Assembly (NCBI GenBank): GCA_046704665.1 | Contig: JBJKRJ010000048.1 | Location: forward strand, 28,829 to 92,828 | Length of the DNA: 64,000 nucleotides | Reading direction: 5' to 3' | Source: Thermoplasmata archaeon | Lineage (GTDB): Archaea; Thermoplasmatota; Thermoplasmata; Lutacidiplasmatales; UBA184 | Shown here: one piece after another, positions 18,742-27,108 of the stretch | Position numbering within the stretch: position 1 is the stretch's first letter | Layout: every line of letters begins with the position of its first letter | Translations under genes and position numbers: made by a program | The notes under the pieces: model-generated | The model's input: the letters and a program-made list of their open reading frames with translations, nothing else | The model's database searches: none | What the model was told of the DNA's origin: nothing

Positions 18742-20406
18742 TCAGCCCGGGGGCCGTGGGTCCTCTCCGAGGGTCCGGGTGAGAAGCTCGTACTCGGGGG
18801 TCGAGGCGACGATCGCGAGGGGCAGGTGGAGCTCTCCGACCCGCCAGAGCGATTCGGAATAGCCGGCCTCCCGCGGGAGACGGGCCTTTGGGAGCCACTC
18901 CGCCTCCGCGGTCGTCAGGCCGAAGAAGTCGCGGCAGGCGCCCGAGACCTCCGGGAGCCGGAGGAAGGCACTCGCGTAGAGGTTCCGGAGGAGGGAACGG
19001 CCGGCGGCATGCCCGAGGAAGTCGTCCGGGTTCTGGCTCAGGAGAAGCACCCCGGCCCCGAAATGGCGGAGGTGGCGCACGACCCGGTCCAGGAACTCGG
19101 CGGTCGCGATGTGGTGCGTGAGGAGGTGGGCCTCGTCGATCAGGAGGAGCTTCGGCCCCGGCCTTCCCCGGAGGCGCCCGTACGCCCAGTCGAGCAGATA
19201 GGCGAGGTGGAACGGGAGCTGGTCCTCGGCGACCCCGCGGAAGTCGACGGAGACCGGCCCGTCGGCCAGGGCGAGGGTGGTCGGCCCGTTGAGGGTTCGG
19301 AGCGAACCGGAGCGGAAGACCTCGAGGAGCGTGGCGAGCCGGTCGGCGGGACGTCCCGGCTCGTCGAGGAGTCGGTAGAGCTCCTCGAACGTCGGCCCCT
19401 CCCCGCCCTCCGCGTAGAGCCGGGAGACGGCCGTGTCGAGCCGGGCGGCCTCCTCGTCGCGCAGGCTCGGAAACAGGGCGCGGAGCATCGCCCCGACGCG
19501 GGCCGCCTTCTCCCGGCGGTCGCCCCCGGTCGTCGCGGGGTCGAGCGGGTTCAGCCGGCCTGCGTCCGCCTCCGCGAGCCTAACGACCGAACCCCCGAGC
19601 GCGCGGACGAGCGCTCCGAACTCCCCAAGCGGGTCGAGGATCACGAGGTCGGTCTCGGGCCGCAGCCAGCGCGTTCGGAGCGCGAGCAGGGCCGCCGAGA
19701 ACGACTTCCCCGATCCGGTCGTTCCGAAGATCGCCCAGGAGTAGCTCGCGTGGTCCCACCGGTCGAGGAAGACCGGGCTCGCGTCGGAGAGGGCGAGGCC
19801 GACCAGCACGCCGTTCGATTCGAGGACCGTCTCGTCGGCGAACGGGAAGAGGGCGGCGATCCCGTCGGTGGGAAGCGTCTGCCAGTAGCCGGACGGACGG
19901 GACGACGCGGGGTGGAACTCGGGGGCTGCCATCGCCTCCCGGACCTCGTAGCGGGGGATCCTCGTGCGGAATCCGAACGTCGTGAGACGCTCCGAGAGGC
20001 GGGTACGCAGGGCCTCGAGCCGGGGCCGTGAGGAGGAACGCACCGTCCAGCGGAGACCGACCTTCCAGAGCTCCTGCGTCCTACGGGCCACGGCGCGGCC
20101 GAGCTCCTCGGCGGAGTCCCGCTCGATCTCGAGCTCGGCCGCGCGGCCCCCCGGATCCCCCGCGCGCAGCTCGGCCTCGGCCACCGCGCGGGCGCCGTGG
20201 AGGATCTCGAGGGCGCGGACCGGCGGGATCCGGTGCGCCTCGACCCAGAGCTCGACCGGTTCGGTCGTCGTGAGGACGCGCCCCAAGAACCCGAATGGGA
20301 GCTCGGGAGGGAACTGCCGGATCAGGACCGGGGCCCGGTAGTGGCGACCGATGCGGATCCAGCTGGCCCCCTCCACCGCCCGAGGGATCGACGGGCGCGC
20401 CGTCAT
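18742..20406 (-). CDS. VirB4/TraC-like ATPase (FtsK-HerA superfamily)
   Basis: SPVFLDRW, Walker A GTTGSGKS, ILDPLGEF, LNPLD, Walker B LLLIDEAH, LRHFGAGVLLLSQ; ATGA-coupled to the upstream gene. Confidence 0.85.
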   Translation of the reverse strand: MTARPSIPRAVEGASWIRIGRHYRAPVLIRQFPPELPFGFLGRVLTTTEPVELWVEAHRIPPVRALEILHGARAVAEAELRAGDPGGRAAELEIERDSAEELGRAVARRTQELWKVGLRWTVRSSSRPRLEALRTRLSERLTTFGFRTRIPRYEVREAMAAPEFHPASSRPSGYWQTLPTDGIAALFPFADETVLESNGVLVGLALSDASPVFLDRWDHASYSWAIFGTTGSGKSFSAALLALRTRWLRPETDLVILDPLGEFGALVRALGGSVVRLAEADAGRLNPLDPATTGGDRREKAARVGAMLRALFPSLRDEEAARLDTAVSRLYAEGGEGPTFEELYRLLDEPGRPADRLATLLEVFRSGSLRTLNGPTTLALADGPVSVDFRGVAEDQLPFHLAYLLDWAYGRLRGRPGPKLLLIDEAHLLTHHIATAEFLDRVVRHLRHFGAGVLLLSQNPDDFLGHAAGRSLLRNLYASAFLRLPEVSGACRDFFGLTTAEAEWLPKARLPREAGYSESLWRVGELHLPLAIVASTPEYELLTRTLGEDPRPPG

Positions 20407-20780
20407 CCGCCTCCGATCGGACGGACGGGCCCGGAGGGCCGACGCCGTTCCGCAAGCCAGAGCGGCACGACCGCGAGCGTCACGAGGAGGCCCCGGAACG
20501 GGAGGAGCTCCGCGCCCGGATATCCATACACGAACGCTCCGCCGGCGAGAAGGCCCAGCGCGAGGAGGCGGTCGGGACGGACGAGCGCGGTCCATCCTCC
20601 TCCCCGACGGGCGATCATCGAAGCCCAGCCCGCCAACGCGAGCGCGGCGAGGGTCCCCGCGAGCGCGGCGAGGAACGGCTCGAGCACCGAGAGCGCCCCG
20701 GCCACCAGGCCGACGCCCATCGCGCTCCCGAAGACTTCGAACTCCATCGGGGGGAACCGGACGGACCGGGGGTCGGTCAT
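20403..20780 (-). CDS. Small membrane protein (about 4 TM) of the T4SS-like operon
   Basis: Hydrophobic; ATGA overlaps on both sides. Confidence 0.7.
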   Translation of the reverse strand: MTDPRSVRFPPMEFEVFGSAMGVGLVAGALSVLEPFLAALAGTLAALALAGWASMIARRGGGWTALVRPDRLLALGLLAGGAFVYGYPGAELLPFRGLLVTLAVVPLWLAERRRPSGPVRPIGGG

Positions 20781-21559
20781 TCCCTTGCCTCCGCGGCCGA
20801 CCAGCCGATCTCACGGGCGGCCTCGATCAGTCCCCGACCCCGCAGGCGCACCGGCCGAAGGCCGAGGTTCGTCAGCCGCTCCTCGAGCGAGACGATCTCC
20901 GTCTCGAGCCGAGCCCGGGCCTCGGCGCCCCCCGAGCCGACGCCGACCACGAGGTAGATCTTCCGCCGGAACCGACGACGACAGAGCAGTCCGACGAGCT
21001 CCGAGTAGCCGGCACGCGCGGGGGCCTCCTCGCTCCGGCGGTCTTCGGGGGCGGGAAGGAACGGTGCGGTCCGGATCGATCCCAGTGTCGCGAGGAAGGC
21101 GATGCGTCCGTCGGTCGCCCGGAGGAGCTCGCGGAACAGCTCGAACCGACGGGCGAGGTCCGAGGGAGGAAGATAGGTGATCGGAATGCCTCCGGTCCGG
21201 ACGACGGCGACGTGGTCGGCCGGTCCGAGCTCCAGAAGACCGCTCCGCGCGGACCGTCCCGGGCGAAGGCCGCTCAGGAGGATCCCTCCCGCGGTCGCGT
21301 GCCCTTGCCATCGGAGGAAGGCGAGGAGGCGCTCCTCCCAGGACCGGCCGTCCGGACGCCAGACGGCGGCGACGAACCCGACGGCCACGACCGCGAGTCC
21401 CGCGGGGAGGCTCGCGAGCTCGGCGAGCGCCGCCCCCGCCGCGGCGTAGCAGAGGAACTTGAGGGCGTCCTGGGCCGAAGGGAACGGTCCGAGCCGAAGG
21501 CGACGGTCGATGCGCTCCGGGAGCGCGACCACGGGGAGGCCGTCCGCACCGGCCGCCAT
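20777..21559 (-). CDS. PrgI/VirB3-like membrane protein with a TraC/VirB4-N-like soluble domain
   Basis: PERIDRRLRLGPF followed by 2 TM helices; C-domain ITYL...FRELLRAT...RKIYLVV...LTNLGLRPVRL. Confidence 0.6.
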   Translation of the reverse strand: MAAGADGLPVVALPERIDRRLRLGPFPSAQDALKFLCYAAAGAALAELASLPAGLAVVAVGFVAAVWRPDGRSWEERLLAFLRWQGHATAGGILLSGLRPGRSARSGLLELGPADHVAVVRTGGIPITYLPPSDLARRFELFRELLRATDGRIAFLATLGSIRTAPFLPAPEDRRSEEAPARAGYSELVGLLCRRRFRRKIYLVVGVGSGGAEARARLETEIVSLEERLTNLGLRPVRLRGRGLIEAAREIGWSAAEARE

Positions 21560-21563
21560 CCCA

Positions 21564-22724
21564 TCACGAACCTCCCTTACGGATCGGACCCCACCGCTTC
21601 GCTTCGGACGGGCGACGCGTCGGTCCCGGCGTGGAGCCGCCGGTCTTCCGCGCATTGCGGGTGACGTGGCGCAGTAGGTGAAGGGCCCCCCGGCCGATCA
21701 GCTCGCCCGCCGCGAGAGGGGCGGCGGCGGGAAGTGCCGCGGACCCGGCGGCCCGCACCGTCCCCGAGATCGTGGAGCCGATCGCCCCGCTCGTGCGTGC
21801 GCTCTCGGCGATCGGCCGGAAGCGTGCCACGGCACCCGAGGGGGCCGCCGCGCCCCCGCGCGTGACCGCGCCTCCCATGGTGGCTCCCGCGCCGGGGAAG
21901 CCGAACGAGACCAGTTGGGTGCCGGCGAGCGAGAGCAGGTACGGGGAGGCGACAGCGGCGCTGAGGTACCCGACGAGGAGGACCGGGTTCGGACTGCCGA
22001 CGGCGAGCTCGAGCGGGACCACGAGGACGCACGGCAAGAAGACGAGCTCGACGAACAGGAGCCAGGCGCGGCGGGCGAGGGTCGAGAGCGGGCGGAGGGG
22101 CCAGAGAAGGGTGAAGATCGGTAGCACGACCAACAGCACGGCGAGGAGGGCGTCCCGGACCCCGATCGCCAGGATGAGGGCGAAGACCGCCAGGAACTCG
22201 ACCACGGCCAGAAGGAAGGCGAGCGCGCCATTGTCCCACGAATAGCGGAGCTCTCCCCAGCCGGCGAGGTGGACCCACTGCTGCCAGGCCCCCCCGTCCC
22301 AGCCGGCCATCACCGGGAAGAGGGCGCCCCCCACGGAGAGGAGCGCCGCGGCGATCGGCACCGTGAAGTTCGCGCCCACCACTCCGACGACGAGCCGGGG
22401 CAGGAGCGAGTCGAACGTCGCGGCCCAGCGGGCGACGAGCGGCTTCGCGAGGTAGAGGCATGCGATACCGAGGGCGAGGAGGGTCGCCGCCGGATCGACG
22501 ACGTTCGCGAGCGTGTATGTCGAGAAGTGGGCTGCCGTCGCGAGGTAGTTCGAGGGGTCCGACCCGGGGGCGAGGACCGACGGATAGAGCGCCCCGACCT
22601 TGAGCTCGGGCACGAGGAGGTTGTCGTACGTCGGCCCGGTGATCGCGACCACGATCGCCGTGAGATCCGCGAACAGGGCGAACAGGATCGCCCGGATGAC
22701 CACCGTCCAGTCGATGCCGAGCAC
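21564..22724 (-). CDS. VirB6/TrbL/CedA-like polytopic membrane protein
   Basis: Multiple TM helices, GVRDALLAVLLVVLPI...ARRAW segment, Gly/Ala-rich C-tail; lies between pilin and VirB4 genes. Confidence 0.65.
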   Translation of the reverse strand: MLGIDWTVVIRAILFALFADLTAIVVAITGPTYDNLLVPELKVGALYPSVLAPGSDPSNYLATAAHFSTYTLANVVDPAATLLALGIACLYLAKPLVARWAATFDSLLPRLVVGVVGANFTVPIAAALLSVGGALFPVMAGWDGGAWQQWVHLAGWGELRYSWDNGALAFLLAVVEFLAVFALILAIGVRDALLAVLLVVLPIFTLLWPLRPLSTLARRAWLLFVELVFLPCVLVVPLELAVGSPNPVLLVGYLSAAVASPYLLSLAGTQLVSFGFPGAGATMGGAVTRGGAAAPSGAVARFRPIAESARTSGAIGSTISGTVRAAGSAALPAAAPLAAGELIGRGALHLLRHVTRNARKTGGSTPGPTRRPSEAKRWGPIRKGGS

Positions 22725-22739
22725 CGCGTGCCTCCGCGC

Positions 22740-23159
22740 TCACGAGCCCGTCAGCACCCAGTGGGCCAGCCCCCAGAACAACCCCGTCACCGCGGCGGTG
22801 AAGAGCAGCGTCCCGACCAGCGCGTCGCGGGCCCGGTCCTTCGCCTGCACCTTCTTCGTGATGTCGTTCGAGAACCAGCTCAACGCGACGCGGGCCCAGA
22901 CGAGGGCGAGGATCCCGCCTCCGGCGAGCCCGACCAGATCGACGAGCCGGTTGATCGCCGCGGTGAAGTTCCCGACGGCGGAGGAGGTTCCGGTCACCGA
23001 GGCCCCGTGGACCGCCGGTGCGACCGCGGTGGCGCCCGCCGTCCCGCTCGACACGATGAGAAGAAGGACGAACCCTACCGCCGTGGCCATCGCCGGGGAG
23101 GGCGCCCGCCGGCTACCATCCGCGAGCCGACCGGCTAGGAAACCTCGCGGGGAGACCAT
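22740..23159 (-). CDS. VirB2/TrbC-like pilin precursor
   Basis: SD GGAGGTG; signal-like N-terminus, then amphipathic helix, TM1, basic loop (NDITKKVQAKDRARD), TM2. Confidence 0.65.
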   Translation of the reverse strand: MVSPRGFLAGRLADGSRRAPSPAMATAVGFVLLLIVSSGTAGATAVAPAVHGASVTGTSSAVGNFTAAINRLVDLVGLAGGGILALVWARVALSWFSNDITKKVQAKDRARDALVGTLLFTAAVTGLFWGLAHWVLTGS

Positions 23160-25402
23160 GCGTACACCTCCTCTCCGTCGGCGCCGGTTTCGCTCCGCAG
23201 GCGTCCCTCGCTGACCAGCCGCTCGAGGGTGGCCCGGGTCGTCGGGAGGGAGACCCCGGCCTCTTCGGCGAGCAGTTCGACCGTGGCCCGGTCGATCCCG
23301 TCCGCCGGTTCGATGATCCGACGGAGGACCGTCACCGGCTCGGGGGCGGGAGGCGGCGGGGTGCGAGCGCGCCCGCGGCGGCGCCGGTACCACGCGAATC
23401 CCCCGACCGCCACGAGGACGAGGGTCACGATGCCGCCCACCTCGGCCGTGACAGCGGCTCCCCCCGTACCGGCCGCGGAGGCCGCCGGGGGCGACGGAAC
23501 CGTGGGAGGCGGGGAGTCCGAGGGAGGCGAGCCCGGAGCGACGGTCGGGAAGTGGACGGTCGCGTTCTCGGACCACCGGACGCCGAGACGGTCGACGACC
23601 ACGATCTCCTCCCGTACGTTCCCCGTCCCGTTGGTCGGCCAGGACCAGGAGTACGACCCGTCCAACGGTGCGGAGGCGTTTCCCTCGGGCCGGGAGGTCG
23701 AGTTCGCCCAGAGGGCGAACGGAGGCAGACCCCCCTCCAGGGTAAGATTCAGCACGAGGGACGGGCTTGGATCTCCCGGCACCACCGTCAGCTGGCCGGA
23801 CACTTCGAGGGGAGCCACCAGCTTCAGAGGTCGGTCCGTCCACCAGAACGCTCCCCCCGAGTCGATGACACCGACCGTGATCGAGGAGTTCCCTTCGTAG
23901 GGAAGGGTGCCGGTCCACTCGAACCCTGAGACGACGGAGAGGTTCCCTTCGGGAGTCGAGCTATTGGCCGGTGGCAGACCCGGCACGACGAACCAGAGGA
24001 ACGGAGCGACGCCCTGAGTGACGGTTCCCGTGAGGAGGACCGTGGGACCGGCGGCCCGGATCGAGCACGAGACCGTAACCGAGACGTTCAGCGCCCCATC
24101 AACCGCGAGCTGGGCGGAGGAGTTGCGGACCTCGAAGCCCAGCGCATCTTCGACGACGACCGAGACCCCGAAGCTCCCGGATACGGCAGGGTCGACCGGG
24201 ACGAGCAGGGTGCCATCGGTGGACAGTGTGGTGTGCGAACCGTTCGCGTCTCCCTCCAGGCCCCACTGCACGTGGAACGGCGGGACACCCCCGGACACCT
24301 CCACCGCGACGATGGCCGGCTGTCCGACCTCGGTCGAGGGGTCGGGGAGGTGCACTCCGAGCCCGAGCGAGGAACGCACCGGGAGGGAGAGGGTGGCGGT
24401 CGCCGGAGGGGGCGTGCCGCCGGACGGGACCACTTCGAAGGTGATCTCGGCGCTCCCCGGGGAGGCGAACGCACAGCTGAAGTTCTCCGTCGGTCCGCTC
24501 GGGGTGGGACCGGAACGGAAGCCGGCCGCCGCCACGGGACGCGCATCGGAGCAGCTCGTCGCCTCGCTGTAGAGGCTCGGAGGATCGAGGATCCGTCCGC
24601 GGAAGGCGACCGACGCTCCCACCTCCGTCGAGTACCGCGCACTTTCGATCCCCACGGCGAAGTTCGAGCTCGAGTATTCCGGCTCGACCACCGACCCGTT
24701 CGTGGTAAGCCCGATCGAATCCACGACCGAGATCGTGGGAGCGAAGGTCCCCTCGGGAAAGCGGTGCGGTATCGTGAACGCTCCCGGGCTCGTGAAGTAG
24801 AGCTCCGAGAACGCTCCGTCCCCCCAGGTGACCCGGACGCGGTAGGGTGGCGTCCCATCGATCAGGGAACCGGTCAGGTTCACGGTCGAACCGACGGGGG
24901 CCGGATCGGTGTCGAAGGCGAGCGGACCGAGTTGCGGCGGAACAACGACCGTGACGTTCGCGGTCGCGCGCTGAACGTCCGCGCTCTCTCCCGTCCCACA
25001 GTGGACGACGGTCGCCGACCGCACTTCGACTCGGGCGACGCCGGACGAGGCGCCGTACGCCGTGAAGTGGGTGATCGAGGTGTCGAGGGGGCCGAGCGCC
25101 CCCTCGGCCCAACCGGCGAGTACGGACCATCGGAACGAGACGGGGGTGTTCGTGCATCCCGGCGGAATGCCCGACCAGGTCGCCACGAACGCGGTCGAGT
25201 TCCCGGCCACCATCCACCACGACGTGGGGGCAACGGACAGCTGGGGAGCCGCGGGTGCGGCCGAGCCGAGGAAGGGAGCCGAAACGGGAGAAGGAGGGAA
25301 GACGACCGGGGAGCTCCACGCTCCCAGCAGGATCCCGAGCACCAGCGCGGCGGGGAGACCGGCGGCCCCGCAGAACCTCGGAACGCACTTCTTCGGCGAC
25401 AC
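23135..25402 (-). CDS. Membrane-anchored surface protein: PKD/Ig-like repeats, TM helix, cytoplasmic winged-HTH-like tail
   Basis: Signal peptide; repeated G(G/D)xPP(Y/F)..W motifs; many N-x-S/T sequons; Pro linker; TM then WYRRRR; tail LAEEAGVSLPTTRATLERLVSEGRL. Confidence 0.75.
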   Translation of the reverse strand: MSPKKCVPRFCGAAGLPAALVLGILLGAWSSPVVFPPSPVSAPFLGSAAPAAPQLSVAPTSWWMVAGNSTAFVATWSGIPPGCTNTPVSFRWSVLAGWAEGALGPLDTSITHFTAYGASSGVARVEVRSATVVHCGTGESADVQRATANVTVVVPPQLGPLAFDTDPAPVGSTVNLTGSLIDGTPPYRVRVTWGDGAFSELYFTSPGAFTIPHRFPEGTFAPTISVVDSIGLTTNGSVVEPEYSSSNFAVGIESARYSTEVGASVAFRGRILDPPSLYSEATSCSDARPVAAAGFRSGPTPSGPTENFSCAFASPGSAEITFEVVPSGGTPPPATATLSLPVRSSLGLGVHLPDPSTEVGQPAIVAVEVSGGVPPFHVQWGLEGDANGSHTTLSTDGTLLVPVDPAVSGSFGVSVVVEDALGFEVRNSSAQLAVDGALNVSVTVSCSIRAAGPTVLLTGTVTQGVAPFLWFVVPGLPPANSSTPEGNLSVVSGFEWTGTLPYEGNSSITVGVIDSGGAFWWTDRPLKLVAPLEVSGQLTVVPGDPSPSLVLNLTLEGGLPPFALWANSTSRPEGNASAPLDGSYSWSWPTNGTGNVREEIVVVDRLGVRWSENATVHFPTVAPGSPPSDSPPPTVPSPPAASAAGTGGAAVTAEVGGIVTLVLVAVGGFAWYRRRRGRARTPPPPAPEPVTVLRRIIEPADGIDRATVELLAEEAGVSLPTTRATLERLVSEGRLRSETGADGEEVYAWSPREVS

Positions 25403-25478
25403 TACCGCCCACCGTCATGGGCGGTGGTACGCGCGAGGTATTTCCACCGCCATCGGTCGGCGGAGGATGGATGCTGGC

Positions 25479-26135
25479 TCAGTAGTCGACGAGGAGGGCC
25501 ACGTGCTCGCGGGAGAACGGAGCGATCGCCGTCTCCGAACGCACGCTCGCCCCCTCGCTCCGGATCGCGTCGCGGGCCGCTCGGACGATCGCCGCGGACG
25601 GGCCCCGTTGGGTGACGGAACGGACCTTGAGCATGAGCACTCCCGATCGCCCCGGCGCGAGGCAGGCGCGGGCGTTCTCGATGAAGATCTGGGTCTGGTT
25701 CCGCTGCGCGACGTCCTGATAGAGGAAGTCGACCGAGCCGACGTCCGCCCGGTACCTCTCGGGGAGCTGGGCGTCCGCGAGGATCGGCAGGACGTTCGAC
25801 CGCCGGCGGGCGAGCGCGAGCAGACGGGGGAAGGACGTCGGGCTCTTCTCCACGACGAAGAGCGATGCCTCGGGCCAGAGATCGGAGAGGTGGCTCACGG
25901 TCGTTCCGTGCGCTCCGCCGAGATAGAGCGCGCTGCGCACGCCGTTCAGGGTACGGGCGGGGGCTCCCCGGAGCAGCCACGCGGCGAGCTTCGAACGGAA
26001 CGGGTCCCACTGACGATACTCGATTCCAGCGACGGTCCGCAGGGTCTCGCCGTAGACCCGGACGCCGGGGGTCGCGTTGACGGTGTAGAGGTCCCGGCCT
26101 TCCCGGAACACGCCGCGGGCGCTCGTCGGCTCCAC
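25479..26135 (-). CDS. flpA: Fibrillarin-like rRNA/tRNA 2'-O-methyltransferase
   Basis: VYGE, YRQWDPFRSKLAA, LYLGGAHGTTVSHLSD, YQDVAQRNQ. Confidence 0.93.
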   Translation of the reverse strand: MEPTSARGVFREGRDLYTVNATPGVRVYGETLRTVAGIEYRQWDPFRSKLAAWLLRGAPARTLNGVRSALYLGGAHGTTVSHLSDLWPEASLFVVEKSPTSFPRLLALARRRSNVLPILADAQLPERYRADVGSVDFLYQDVAQRNQTQIFIENARACLAPGRSGVLMLKVRSVTQRGPSAAIVRAARDAIRSEGASVRSETAIAPFSREHVALLVDY

Positions 26136-26140
26136 GGCGC

Positions 26141-26605
26141 TCAGCCCACCGCCGCCAGGAGCTCCACCTCGACCGGCGCGTTGAGCGGGAGGGCGGCGAC
26201 CCCGATTGCGACGCGCGAAGGGCGGCCTTCCTCGCCGAACAGGTCGACGAGGACCTGGGTGGCGCCGTTCGCGACCTCGTGCTGTCGCACGAACCCCGGG
26301 GATGAGGCGACGTACACCGTGGTCCGTACGATGCGTCGGATACGGTCGATCGAACCGAGCTCCGCGACGAGCGCGCTCAGGGCCTGCAGGGACGCGCGGC
26401 GCGCGGTCGTTTGCGCGGCCTCCACCGGCACCTCCCGGTCGACCAGGCCGGGGTGCACGACCGCCCCCCCTTCGAGCACGATCTGACCGGCCACCCAGGC
26501 GAGGCCGTTCTCAACGACGACCGGGGTATACGTGCCCGCCGGCCGGGGTGGGGGTGGGAGCTCAACCCCCGAAGTTCGCAGCCGTTCGGAGGGGAGGGGC
26601 GACAC
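26141..26605 (-). CDS. RidA/YjgF family protein
   Basis: VAGQI, VANGATQVLVDLFG, RVAIGVAALPLNAPVEVE. Confidence 0.88.
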   Translation of the reverse strand: MSPLPSERLRTSGVELPPPPRPAGTYTPVVVENGLAWVAGQIVLEGGAVVHPGLVDREVPVEAAQTTARRASLQALSALVAELGSIDRIRRIVRTTVYVASSPGFVRQHEVANGATQVLVDLFGEEGRPSRVAIGVAALPLNAPVEVELLAAVG

Positions 26606-26691
26606 GGCCGGCCCACCCGTTTCGGGGAGAAAACGGCTCCCTCCGGTTCCCGCCGTCATTTCTTAAGCCGGGGAAGGATACTACTGGTGGG

Positions 26692-27042
26692 ATGCTGCTC
26701 TTCCGTCGGCGCCGCAAGGAGAAGGAAGAGACCCCGCACGAGGCCCGGAGGAAACCGACCCCGCCGCCGGAGCCGCCGGTGGAGACCCCGCCGGCCCCTC
26801 CCCCTGCGTCTGCACCGGCCACCAAGGTCCCATCGCCACGCTCCCCCTCTCCCGGGACGGCGGCAGTCCCGGCGGCTCCCTCCCCCCCCGTTCCGAACGT
26901 TCCACCCCCCCTGCCGCAGCAACCGCCGGAACCGGGAGCCCTCATCCGTTCCGATCGTGGGCCGTACGGGAGATGCTTCGTCTGCGGCTCTCCGCTCGAG
27001 GGCACGACCTGTCCCACGTGCCGGATGACCTGGGTCGAGTGA
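26692..27042 (+). CDS. Small Pro-rich protein with C-terminal zinc ribbon
   Basis: TATA CTTAAG about 25 nt upstream; MLLFRRRRK; CFVC-x8-CPTC. Confidence 0.7.
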   Translation: MLLFRRRRKEKEETPHEARRKPTPPPEPPVETPPAPPPASAPATKVPSPRSPSPGTAAVPAAPSPPVPNVPPPLPQQPPEPGALIRSDRGPYGRCFVCGSPLEGTTCPTCRMTWVE

Positions 27043-27108
27043 GGAGCTCCCGGTCATCCGGGCCCGGGGGGAAGCTTTTGTGCGCGGGTCGCTCATGGAA
27101 GACGTACA

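Noticed and set aside
10083..25402. Integrated conjugative element anchored at the tRNA
   Set aside because: No integrase, relaxase or duplicated tRNA end seen; intervening genes (pst, truA, hps) are housekeeping.
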